Part shown: in pieces, positions 8,994-17,097 of the stretch
Layout: every line of letters begins with the position of its first letter
Numbering within the stretch: the stretch's first letter is position 1
NCBI GenBank assembly: GCA_043804695.1
Contig: JAZDIV010000100.1
Location: 1-20,585 of the forward strand
Length of the DNA: 20,585 nucleotides
Reading direction: 5' to 3'
Source: PVC group bacterium
Lineage (GTDB): Bacteria; Auribacterota; Erginobacteria; Erginobacterales; Erginobacteraceae
Position numbers and translations under genes: made by a program
The notes under the pieces: model-generated
The model's input: the letters and a program-made list of their open reading frames with translations, nothing else
The model's database searches: none
Told to the model about the DNA's origin: nothing

Positions 8994-10013
8994 TTAGAAC
9001 TGATGCAGAAACCGCAGGTCGTTCTCGAAGAAGAGCCGGATATCGTCTATCCCGTGCTTGAGCATGGCGATCCGCTCGATGCCCATGCCGAAGGCAAAGC
9101 CGGTGTATGTCTCGGGATCGTAGCCGACCGCCCGAAAGACTTCCGGATCAACCATCCCCGCGCCCAGGATCTCAAGCCATCCCCGCCGCGAACAGAGCTG
9201 GCACCCGGCGCCGCCGCACACCACGCAGGAGATATCGACCTCCGCGCTCGGTTCGGTGAAGGGGAAGAAACTGGGACGGAAACGGAGCCGGGTCTTTTCT
9301 CCGAACAGCTGCCGGGCAAAAGCTGTCAGGACCCCCTTCAATTCCGCCAGGGTGACCCGGGTGTCGACCATCAGGCCCTCCAGCTGATGAAACATCGGCG
9401 AGTGCGAGGCGTCCGCCGTGTCGGCCCGGAAGGCCTTGCCGGCGCAGATCATGCGCAGGGGCGGCTGTTGCTTCTCCATGGTCCTGATCTGAACCGGAGA
9501 AGTGTGGGTTCGAAGAACGATCCCCGGACGGAGGTAGAGCGTGTCCTGCATGTCCCGGGCCGGGTGGTCGAGGGGCATGTTCAGGGCGTCGAAGTTGTAA
9601 TACTCGGTCTCAATCTCGGGGCCTTCCTCCAGCTTGAATCCCAGGCCGGAGAAGATGTCGATTATTTCATTCAGGGTGGAGGTGACCGGGTGACATCGGC
9701 CCCGGCGGAAAGAAACGCCGGGGAGGGTGACATCGATCGCCTCTTCCCTGATCTTCTTTTCGGCTTCCCGCTCCCGGAGAACTTCCCGCGCCCGGTCGAA
9801 GCGGTTCTGGAGTTCGGTTTTCAGCCGGTTAATCGATTCCCCCATCCGGGGCCGATCGGCGGGAGGAAGCATCACGATTGACCGGGTAAGCGCCGTCAGC
9901 CGGCCTTTCCGCCCCAGGTAAACGACCCGGGCGTTTTCCAGCGCCTCCTCGTCGGCGGCGGACTCCAGATCGATGGTCGCCTCGCGCTCTACCTGCTGGA
10001 GTTCTTTTTCCAT
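8994..10013 (-). CDS. pheS: Phenylalanine--tRNA ligase alpha subunit
   Basis: NFDALN...HPARDMQDT, LRTHTSPVQ, FHQLEGL, RFRPSFFPFTEPS and GFAFGMGIERIAML. Confidence 0.98.
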   Translation of the reverse strand: MEKELQQVEREATIDLESAADEEALENARVVYLGRKGRLTALTRSIVMLPPADRPRMGESINRLKTELQNRFDRAREVLREREAEKKIREEAIDVTLPGVSFRRGRCHPVTSTLNEIIDIFSGLGFKLEEGPEIETEYYNFDALNMPLDHPARDMQDTLYLRPGIVLRTHTSPVQIRTMEKQQPPLRMICAGKAFRADTADASHSPMFHQLEGLMVDTRVTLAELKGVLTAFARQLFGEKTRLRFRPSFFPFTEPSAEVDISCVVCGGAGCQLCSRRGWLEILGAGMVDPEVFRAVGYDPETYTGFAFGMGIERIAMLKHGIDDIRLFFENDLRFLHQF

Positions 10014-10030
10014 CTCACGGGTACCCCGGG

Positions 10031-10387
10031 TTAAGCGGCGGTTTCCCTGACCGACTGAACGAACCGGGAGAAGGCATCGGGGTGATGAACGGCCAGGTCG
10101 GACATGATCTTGCGGTTGATGACTATCCCGGCTTTTCCGATCATCCCCATGAAGCGGGAATAAGAAATCCCTTCCCGGCTGACACCGGCCCGGATCCGGG
10201 TCACCCAGAGAGCGCGGAAATCGCGTTTCCGCTGCTTGCGTCCGCGGTATGACTGCGCCATGGAACGCATGACCGCTTCCCGCGCGGTCCGATGAAGTTT
10301 ACCCCTTCCCCCCCGGAAGCCTTTGGCCTGTTGCCGGATCTTCTTCCGGCGGCGGTGTCCGGCCGGTGCTGTTTTAACTCGTGTCAT
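10031..10387 (-). CDS. rplT: 50S ribosomal protein L20
   Basis: MTRVK, AKGFRG and RKQRKRDFRALWVTRI; RBS GAGGAG. Confidence 0.97.
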   Translation of the reverse strand: MTRVKTAPAGHRRRKKIRQQAKGFRGGRGKLHRTAREAVMRSMAQSYRGRKQRKRDFRALWVTRIRAGVSREGISYSRFMGMIGKAGIVINRKIMSDLAVHHPDAFSRFVQSVRETAA

Positions 10388-10559
10388 GATTGCTCCTCAT
10401 TGCCATGTGGCGCCTGCGGGCAAACGGTCCCGGCCACGGATTGGCGGGGTCGGGCGTTCATGTGCAGCCGCGGCAGGCTGATTGAAGTCTGCGGTTCTCG
10501 GCGGTTTCGCGCGTGGCGCATGATTTCGGTTGACAGGGACAATTCAAGAAGCGGCCGGG

Positions 10560-10748
10560 CTATAGGAACCGCTTGATCTTCCTGGCCGTGGTCCCTCCCA
10601 GGGTTCTCTCGGTGCGGAGCCTTCTCTTCCGCTTGCGGTTTTTGGTGGTCAGGAGGTGGCTCTTCCCCGCTCGCTTGATCTGAACTTTTCCCCCCTTGGT
10701 GACTTTGATCCTCTTCCGGATTCCTTTTTTGCTCTTTAGCTTTGGCAT
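10560..10748 (-). CDS. rpmI: 50S ribosomal protein L35
   Basis: MPKLKSKKG..KRIKVT..GK and SHLLTTK; synteny infC-rpmI-rplT. Confidence 0.96.
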   Translation of the reverse strand: MPKLKSKKGIRKRIKVTKGGKVQIKRAGKSHLLTTKNRKRKRRLRTERTLGGTTARKIKRFL

Positions 10749-10963
10749 AATACTAACTCCCTGATAATTTCTGTTTTAACCGGCAACGATCGCGGCAAGT
10801 GAACTATTCATTCCACCGACCTGTATCCCGGGGCGCAACCGGCGGTGGCTTTTCCGGCCCTCCATCCCCGCCGCCCGGTGACGGAAAAATCCCGGGACGG
10901 TCTTCGGCCCGAGCCGGTCCCGGGGCCGGAGGAAATGCCGTCGGTAAGGGGGAGAGTCCCTCT

Positions 10964-11491
10964 TCAGGTTTTATGAGATCGCGGATTGACGGGGCTGAGA
11001 ACGGTGGTCAGGCGCCGGCCCATCATCCGGGCACCGCCTTCGAGGGTGCCGTGCTCTTTCAGATCAGCGATCATCCGGTCGATTATCTGGCGTCCCAGGT
11101 CCTGGCGGATCATCTCCCGGCCGCGGAAAGCCAGGGTCAGCCGCAGTTTATCCCCCCGCTGTAAAAATTCAACCGCCTTGCGCAGCTTGACCTGGTAATC
11201 GTGCTCTTCGATCCGGGATTTCAGCTTGATCTCCTTCAGTCGTCCGGCGTGCTGCTGTTTCTTCCCCTCTTTCTCCCGCTTGCTCAATTCGTATTTGTAT
11301 TTTCCGTAATCGAGAATGCGGCAGACCGGGGGAACCGACTGCGGCGACACGCAGACCAGATCAAGCTCTCTTTCCCGGGCCAGGTTCAGCGCCTCCGGGA
11401 GCAACAGTATCCCCAGCTGGGTCCCGTCCGTGTCAATGGTTCTGACTTTATTGGCACGGATGTCATTGTTGATAAAAATGTGGTTGAGAAT
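10964..11491 (-). CDS. infC: Translation initiation factor IF-3 (ATT start)
   Basis: The frame extends upstream of the ORF-track start (INNDIRANKVRTID..G.QLGI) to ATT at 11491, preceded by TAAGGAGGTGAT (11497-11508). Motifs PPVCRILDYGKYKYE and FRGREM. Confidence 0.95.
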   Translation of the reverse strand: MLNHIFINNDIRANKVRTIDTDGTQLGILLLPEALNLARERELDLVCVSPQSVPPVCRILDYGKYKYELSKREKEGKKQQHAGRLKEIKLKSRIEEHDYQVKLRKAVEFLQRGDKLRLTLAFRGREMIRQDLGRQIIDRMIADLKEHGTLEGGARMMGRRLTTVLSPVNPRSHKT

Positions 11492-11508
11492 CGCCGATCA
11501 CCTCCTTA

Positions 11509-11539
11509 TTAAATTAGCTCACTGCGTTCGCAAATTTAA
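11509..11539 (-). repeat. GCA-triloop / tandem-GA hairpin abutting the infC Shine-Dalgarno
   Basis: TTAAATT-T-GC-GA-AC-GCA-GT-GA-GC-T-AATTTAA. Confidence 0.75.
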
Positions 11540-11557
11540 AAGTTCTCTGTAAAAAAT

Positions 11558-13279
11558 TTAAACCCGATCCTGAATTTCCTGTTTCAACGTCTCGAGGCAT
11601 TTTTCGACGGGCCAATCGCCCAGCTGCCCCTTTTTCATGCTCCGGACCGAGACGGTCCCCGCGCCGGCCTCCGCCGGACCCGCCACCAGCAGGTAGGGGA
11701 TCCGTTCCAGCCGGGCCGAACGGATCTTGTAACCGATCTTCTCGTTGCGCTCGTCCAGATCAACCAGGAGTCCGGCCGCTTCCAGCCTGGTCCGGATCTC
11801 CCGCGCGTAGTCGATGGTTTTTTCGGAGATGGGCAGGACGATGGCCTGAACCGGCGCCAGCCAGAGGGGGAGCAGCCCCCCGTAATGCTCAAGCAGAATG
11901 GCCAGAAAACGTTCGATCGACCCGAAGGCCGCCCGGTGAATCATGACCGGCCGGTGCTTCCGTCCGTCCGCCCCCACGTATTCCAGACCGAACCGCTCCG
12001 GCATCGAGAAATCAAGCTGAATCGTCCCGCACTGATGGCTCCGCTTCAGGCAGTCCCGGATATGAAAATCGATCTTCGGCCCGTAAAAGGCCCCCTCCCC
12101 TTCGCTGACCGAGTAGGAGCTGCCGTTCTGATCGAGCGCTCGGCGCAGGCTCGCGGTAGCCAGCTCCCAGTCATCGTCGCTCCCGATCGAAGACTCGGGC
12201 CGGGTGGAAATCTCGATCTCGAACTCGTCAAAGCCCAGCGTCCGGTAGATCGAGAGAATCAGGTCGATCACCTTCATTATCTCGCCCGTGATTTGCTCCG
12301 GGAGGCAGAAGATATGAGCGTCATCGATGACGAAGCTCTGAACCCGGAAGAGGCCGTGAAGCACCCCCGTCATCTCCCGGCGGTACACCCGGCCCAGTTC
12401 GGCGATCCTGAGGGGGAACTCCCGGTAGGAATGCTGGTTCTCCTTGTAATAGAGAAGGGTGCCGGGGCAGTTCATCGGCTTGACGGCGAACGTTTGCTCC
12501 CCGACCGCGCTCAGGTACATGTGATCCCGATAGTGTTCCCAGTGTCCGCTCCGGTGCCAGAGTTCATCGCGGAGAATGAGCGGCGTCATGATCTCCTGAT
12601 AGCCGTGCCGTCGGTGAACGTCCCGCCAGAAATCGAGCAGCGTCCGGTAAAGAACGGTCCCCCGGGGATGAAAGAAAGGAACCCCCGGGGATTCTTCGTG
12701 GAAGCTGAATAGATTCATCTCCCGTCCCAACCGGCGATGATCTCTCTTCTTTGCTTCCTCGATCCCGGCCAGATAGTGGAGGAGGGCTTTGCCGTCCGGA
12801 AAAGCCGTGGCATAGATCCGCTGCAGCATCGGGCGCTGCTCATCGCCTTTCCAGTAGGCGCCCGCCACGCTCAGAAGCTTGAAAGCTTTGATCTCCCCGG
12901 GATGCTCCAGGGTGGGCCCGCGGCAGAGGTCGATGAAATCCCCGGTGCGGTAAATGCTGATCGTCTCGTCTTTTAGTCCTTCCAGCAGTTCCAGCTTGTA
13001 TGTTTCTCCCTGCCGGCCGAGGAGAGCTTTCCCCTCTTCAAAAGAGAGTTCCTGGCGCTGAAAAGGATGATCGGTATCGATGATCCTCCGCATCTCCTCT
13101 TCAATCCGGTCGAAATCCTCCGGGGTCAGGGTCCGGGCCAGGTCGAAGTCGTAATAGAAGCCGTCTTCGATCGGGGGGCCGATCCCCAGTTTTGCGTCCG
13201 GGAAGAGGCGTTTCACCGCCTGGGCCATCACGTGCGCCGCGCTGTGGCGATACCGGTCCAGAAATTCTCTATCTTCCAT
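11558..13279 (-). CDS. thrS: Threonine--tRNA ligase (short form lacking the N1/TGS domain)
   Basis: RHSAAHVMAQA, GFYYDF, DLCRGP, RDHRRLG, KPMNCP, GAFYGPKID, IHRA..GSIERF and anticodon-binding domain. ATG at 13279; the ORF-track extension runs into a repeat. Confidence 0.97.
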   Translation of the reverse strand: MEDREFLDRYRHSAAHVMAQAVKRLFPDAKLGIGPPIEDGFYYDFDLARTLTPEDFDRIEEEMRRIIDTDHPFQRQELSFEEGKALLGRQGETYKLELLEGLKDETISIYRTGDFIDLCRGPTLEHPGEIKAFKLLSVAGAYWKGDEQRPMLQRIYATAFPDGKALLHYLAGIEEAKKRDHRRLGREMNLFSFHEESPGVPFFHPRGTVLYRTLLDFWRDVHRRHGYQEIMTPLILRDELWHRSGHWEHYRDHMYLSAVGEQTFAVKPMNCPGTLLYYKENQHSYREFPLRIAELGRVYRREMTGVLHGLFRVQSFVIDDAHIFCLPEQITGEIMKVIDLILSIYRTLGFDEFEIEISTRPESSIGSDDDWELATASLRRALDQNGSSYSVSEGEGAFYGPKIDFHIRDCLKRSHQCGTIQLDFSMPERFGLEYVGADGRKHRPVMIHRAAFGSIERFLAILLEHYGGLLPLWLAPVQAIVLPISEKTIDYAREIRTRLEAAGLLVDLDERNEKIGYKIRSARLERIPYLLVAGPAEAGAGTVSVRSMKKGQLGDWPVEKCLETLKQEIQDRV

Positions 13280-13287
13280 AAAAAGGG

Positions 13288-13412
13288 ACTTAGCCCTCAC
13301 TTCGTTCGGGCAACGTTCTGAAGTGCCTAAAGTGCCTAAAGTTTTCAGCCTCTGGCTGAAGCCTCAGGCTGAAAATTCCGAAGCAGTAAAATTAGCTCGT
13401 TTCGTTCATAAG
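13288..13412 (-). repeat. Composite intergenic element between tRNA-Val and thrS
   Basis: Hairpin GCCC-GA-AC-GAA-GT-GA-GGGC, 9-mer AAGTGCCTA x2, CAGCC..GGCTG palindromes, AAAATTCCGAAGCAGT, and a degenerate second hairpin at 13389-13412. 13288-13333 matches 17098-17143 at 45/46 nt. Confidence 0.8.
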
Positions 13413-13440
13413 TATATTATTTTACGAAGTAAAAATAATA

Positions 13441-13515
13441 TGGGCGATACTGGACTCGAACCAGCGACCTCTACGATGTCAACGTAGCGCTCTAACCAGG
13501 CTGAGCTAATCGCCC
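13441..13515 (-). tRNA. tRNA-Val(GAC)
   Basis: Acceptor stem GGGCGAT/ATCGCCC plus discriminator A; D arm GCTC..GAGC; anticodon arm CTACG-TT-GAC-AT-CGTAG; T arm GCTGG-TTCGAGT-CCAGT. CCA is not encoded. Confidence 0.97.
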
Positions 13516-13544
13516 CTAAAATTTTTCCTTCGGAAAAACTTTAT

Positions 13545-13587
13545 TTTATATAGTCTGCCCTACCTATTTTCAATATAAATATTGAAA
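13545..13587 (-). promoter_or_regulatory. Candidate sigma70 promoter for tRNA-Val/thrS, overlapped by a palindrome
   Basis: TTGAAA-N17-TATAAA on the minus strand; inverted repeat TTTCAATAT-AA-ATATTGAAA (13568-13587) covers the -35. Confidence 0.5.
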
Positions 13588-13650
13588 TTCCGAAGCAGCA
13601 AGGATGGCACGCTCCCGCCGCCGCCGGCGGACCGGATGAAAAAACAGGAC

Positions 13651-13700
13651 CGGAAAGAAAGGGGATGCCCGGCCGGATTCATCCACTCCGGGCATCCCCT
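13651..13700 (-). terminator. Probable Rho-independent terminator after the small membrane-protein gene
   Basis: AGGGGATGCCCGG-(loop)-CCGGGCATCCCCT followed by TTCTTT on the minus strand. Confidence 0.6.
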
Positions 13701-13763
13701 GCTCTCTCCGGTCCTGCGCGCATTTGTTGATAACCGGCGCGGCTGCAACGAGGACGGCGGCGG

Positions 13764-13913
13764 TCAGTTCGTCCGCTCCTCTTTCTCCGCCCCGCTCTCT
13801 CCGGGGCCCGGTGTCCCGTCGGTGGCCGCTCCGCAGGAACAGGATCGGTTGGCAATCAGGTAGACAACAATGATCGCGACGATCGCGACGATAAAAATCC
13901 ATACTATACCCAT
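13764..13913 (-). CDS. Small single-pass membrane protein, 49 aa, with CxC after the TM helix
   Basis: Strong SD AGGAGGTG 7 nt before ATG 13913; MGIVWIFIVAIVAIIVVYLIANRSCSCG...; downstream terminator. Confidence 0.7.
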   Translation of the reverse strand: MGIVWIFIVAIVAIIVVYLIANRSCSCGAATDGTPGPGESGAEKEERTN

Positions 13914-13999
13914 GGCAAAGCACCTCCTGCAGTTAACCAGCCGGCGCAACCCGCCAGCGGAGACCTCTCATAAACCATTTTTGGGTGGCCTGAACCTGT

Positions 14000-16900
14000 C
14001 TACCGGCAGGCAGGGCGACCAGTGCGAGGGGTATTGTCCCGACAATTATCGGGAAACCCCGAAACAGAATTCATTGTGAGCTCCAGGGTAACATCCGCCA
14101 CCGGCGGTGTCAAGATAATCTGCCGGCAGACGATCACCAGGGCGCCGTCGTTGACCTGGACCAGCCCCCGGACGTAGAACGGACCGGAAGAAACAAGGTG
14201 ATGACCGAAGCGGGCGTAGCAGTCCGGGAAAAGGATGACCTCGAAAAGACCGGCGGCATCCTCCAGGGTAAGGAATTTCATCAGTCTCCTGTCACCCCGG
14301 GTCCTGACCAGCCGGCTGGTCACCGGACTCCCGATCATCTGCACTTCCCTGCCCGCCCAGAGAAGCAGCTCATCCGCCCTGATCAGGGGAAGACCCGGGA
14401 CAAGGTTTTGCAGTTTCCGCGCACAGTCCTCTGCTTCCGGCGGGAGGAGGGAGAAGCCCATCCCGCCCGCCTCGTCTTCGCGCCGGGGTATGGAATTCTC
14501 GATCAGGCGGGGGAGCGGCGGCCCCGACTCCTCCCGGAAAGAGGGGAAGAGAGGATCGGGGGGAGATGCCCTTCTTCCCCCGGCGAGATGCCAGGCCAGC
14601 GCGGCCCGGCCGGGCCCCAGGGAAGCGAGGGCGCCGCTCCGGATCAGGGACGCGCATTCGCCGGCGTCGGGCCGGACCCGGCAGAGGAAATCCTCCCAGG
14701 AGGAGAACGGCCGCTCTTTTTGTCCGGCCAGGATTCGGCGGGCGGCGGGGATACCCAGGTTCTTGATCTCCATCAGCCCGATCCGGATCCCCTCCCCTTC
14801 CGCCCGGCAGTGATCGCCGCTCCGGTTGACGTCGGGAGGATGAATCTTCAGCCCCATCCGCCGGGCTTCCTGAACGTATTCCCCGGTCGGGTAGAACCCT
14901 CCCCGGCGGGAGATCAGGGCCGCCATGAACCGCGCCGGGTAATGGGCTTTCAGGTAAGCGGTCTGAAATGAAAGGCGGGCGAAGGAAGCGCTGTGGGCCT
15001 TGCAGAAGGCATAGGACGCAAACCCCTCGATCTGCCGCCAGAGTTCGGCCGCGGTTTTTTCCGGGATGCGGTTCGCCGTCGCTCCCCGGAGAAACCGCGC
15101 CCGGTAATTCTCCAGCGCCTGCCCGCCCGGCTTCTTACTCATGCAGCGGCGAAACTCATCGGCGTCGGCCGGGCTCATCCCGGCCGCCTCGCTCACCACC
15201 CGCATCACCTGCTCCTGATAGATCATCACCCCGCAAGTCTCGTCCAGGATCGCGTCCACCAGGGGGTGGATGGGAACCGGCTTCTCCCGACCCCGGCGGC
15301 GGGCGATATACCGCTCGGCGCAGCCGGTATTGGAAACCCCGGGCCGGATGACGGAGCTGGCCGCGACCAGGGTCTCGAAGTCACGGCAGCGCAGCCGTTT
15401 CAGGAGAGAGCGCATCACCGGGGACTCGATGTAGAAACAGCCGACGGTCCGCCCGGCCGCGATCAGGTCCCCGGTCGCGCGGTCCCCCGCCGGGTCGATC
15501 GCCTCCAGATCGAGCCGGCGCCCGCTTGTCCTGACCTCCCGGACCACGTCTTCCACCACCGCCAGGGCGCGCTGCCCGAGGATGTCGATCTTGAGCAGCC
15601 CCAGCTGCTTCACGCTGTACATATCGGGCTGGGTGACGGCGATCCCCTTGGCCGCCCGCTCCAGGGCCAGGTAACGGGTGAGCGGTTCCGGGGCGATCAC
15701 CACCCCGCTGGGGTGAACGGAGAGATGGTGGGGGAGCCCTTCCAGCCGGCCGGCGAGGCGCACGAGGTCCCGGAACCGGGGCTCTCCCCAGGGAAGGCTC
15801 CGGCATTCCGGCACTTCCCGGCGCAGCCGGTCCGGGTCCCGCAGGCTGGCGAAATACGGGAGATGCCGCGTCAGGCGGCGGGCTCCGGCTTCTCCCAGCC
15901 CCATCGCCCGCGCCGTCTCCCCCAGCGCCGATCGGGCCCGGAAACGGACCGTGGTCGAGAGGGTCGCGACCCGGTCGGGCCCGAAACGCCGGTAGATCCA
16001 TTCGATCACCTCTTCCCGCCGGTGGGTGGGGAAATCGAGGTCGATATCCGGCGGGTCCGTCCGTCCGGCGTTGAGAAAGCGCTCGAAGTAGAGGTTGTGC
16101 CGGAGCGGATCCACCCCGGTCAGCCCCAGCAGGTAACAGACCAGGCTGTTGGCGGCCGAGCCGCGGCCGAGGAGGGGGATCCCCCGCCGGCGCGCAAAGC
16201 GGGCGATCTCCTCCACCAGGAGGAAATAATCGGCCATCCCCAGGGCGACGATCACCGCCAGTTCTTTTTGCAGCCGTTCCCGGAGGCGGGGAGGAGCGGT
16301 CCGGTAGCGCCGGCGAACGCCTCTCCGGCAGAGGGCCCGCAGCCGCTCCCCGGCCGTCTCCCCCGGCGGGAGCGGGTAGCGGGGCAGGCGGAGGCGCCCC
16401 AGTTCCAGTTCCACTCCGCACCCGTCCGCGATCCGCCGGGCGGCCGCCCGCGCCGCCGGATAATCATCCCAAAAACGGGGGTCAGACCTTGTTTTTCCCG
16501 TATCGGGCGTTGCCTCCCCGGCAGTGCGGGCCCGGATCGCGGCGAGGAGGCGGAAAAGCGGGTCATCGGCCCGGTCCGGGAAGTGGAGATCATTGGCGGC
16601 GGCGAGAACGATCCGATGCGATTCGGCCGCCCGCGACAGTTCTCGCATCCGTCGGGCCGACATCCCGGGAGTGAGCTCCAGGAAACAAGTCGGCGGGGCC
16701 GGGGAAGGGACAAGTTCCGGGTGGGCGGTGAGGATGAAGACATCCTCTCCCGCCTCCCGGACCGCCCCGACCAGCGAGAAATCGTCCGCCAGGTGCCGGG
16801 CGGTGGTCAGCTCGCAGATCCGCTCCCAGCCGCCCCGGTTGCGGGCCAGCAAGACCGCCCGGCGTTCCCTCCCCCCGGGGGACGGTTTCTCCGTCAGTTC

Positions 16901-17092
16901 CACGCCCAGGATAGGCTTGATCCCCGTCTCCCGGCAGGCCCGGTAGAACTCCACCGCGCCATAGATGCCGTCCCGGTCGGTCAGGGCCAGCGCGCCCATT
17001 CTTCGCTCCGCTGCCCCCAGCGCGAGTTCCGCCGGAGAGGCGGTCCCCCGGAGAAACGAGTAATAGCTGTGGCAGTGAAGATGCGGGAACAT
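14000..17092 (-). CDS. dnaE2: DNA polymerase III alpha-family protein, DnaE2-like (probably error-prone/accessory)
   Basis: PHP domain (HLHCHS, TDRDG), GRGSAANSLVCY, catalytic PPDIDLDF and KIDILG, HLSVHPSG, FCKAHSASF and C-terminal OB fold. About 1030 aa with no tau-binding CTD. SAAN, FCKAH and the length fit DnaE2-like rather than replicative DnaE. Confidence 0.85.
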   Translation of the reverse strand: MFPHLHCHSYYSFLRGTASPAELALGAAERRMGALALTDRDGIYGAVEFYRACRETGIKPILGVELTEKPSPGGRERRAVLLARNRGGWERICELTTARHLADDFSLVGAVREAGEDVFILTAHPELVPSPAPPTCFLELTPGMSARRMRELSRAAESHRIVLAAANDLHFPDRADDPLFRLLAAIRARTAGEATPDTGKTRSDPRFWDDYPAARAAARRIADGCGVELELGRLRLPRYPLPPGETAGERLRALCRRGVRRRYRTAPPRLRERLQKELAVIVALGMADYFLLVEEIARFARRRGIPLLGRGSAANSLVCYLLGLTGVDPLRHNLYFERFLNAGRTDPPDIDLDFPTHRREEVIEWIYRRFGPDRVATLSTTVRFRARSALGETARAMGLGEAGARRLTRHLPYFASLRDPDRLRREVPECRSLPWGEPRFRDLVRLAGRLEGLPHHLSVHPSGVVIAPEPLTRYLALERAAKGIAVTQPDMYSVKQLGLLKIDILGQRALAVVEDVVREVRTSGRRLDLEAIDPAGDRATGDLIAAGRTVGCFYIESPVMRSLLKRLRCRDFETLVAASSVIRPGVSNTGCAERYIARRRGREKPVPIHPLVDAILDETCGVMIYQEQVMRVVSEAAGMSPADADEFRRCMSKKPGGQALENYRARFLRGATANRIPEKTAAELWRQIEGFASYAFCKAHSASFARLSFQTAYLKAHYPARFMAALISRRGGFYPTGEYVQEARRMGLKIHPPDVNRSGDHCRAEGEGIRIGLMEIKNLGIPAARRILAGQKERPFSSWEDFLCRVRPDAGECASLIRSGALASLGPGRAALAWHLAGGRRASPPDPLFPSFREESGPPLPRLIENSIPRREDEAGGMGFSLLPPEAEDCARKLQNLVPGLPLIRADELLLWAGREVQMIGSPVTSRLVRTRGDRRLMKFLTLEDAAGLFEVILFPDCYARFGHHLVSSGPFYVRGLVQVNDGALVIVCRQIILTPPVADVTLELTMNSVSGFPDNCRDNTPRTGRPACR

Positions 17093-17097
17093 GTAGA

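Noticed and set aside
11489..11508. ATT start codon of infC as a novelty
   Set aside because: This is the well-established IF3 autoregulation feature.
13280..13440. T-box riboswitch upstream of thrS (or pheS)
   Set aside because: No T-box consensus or terminator/antiterminator is visible; the thrS spacer is filled by repeats and pheS is 17 bp from rplT.
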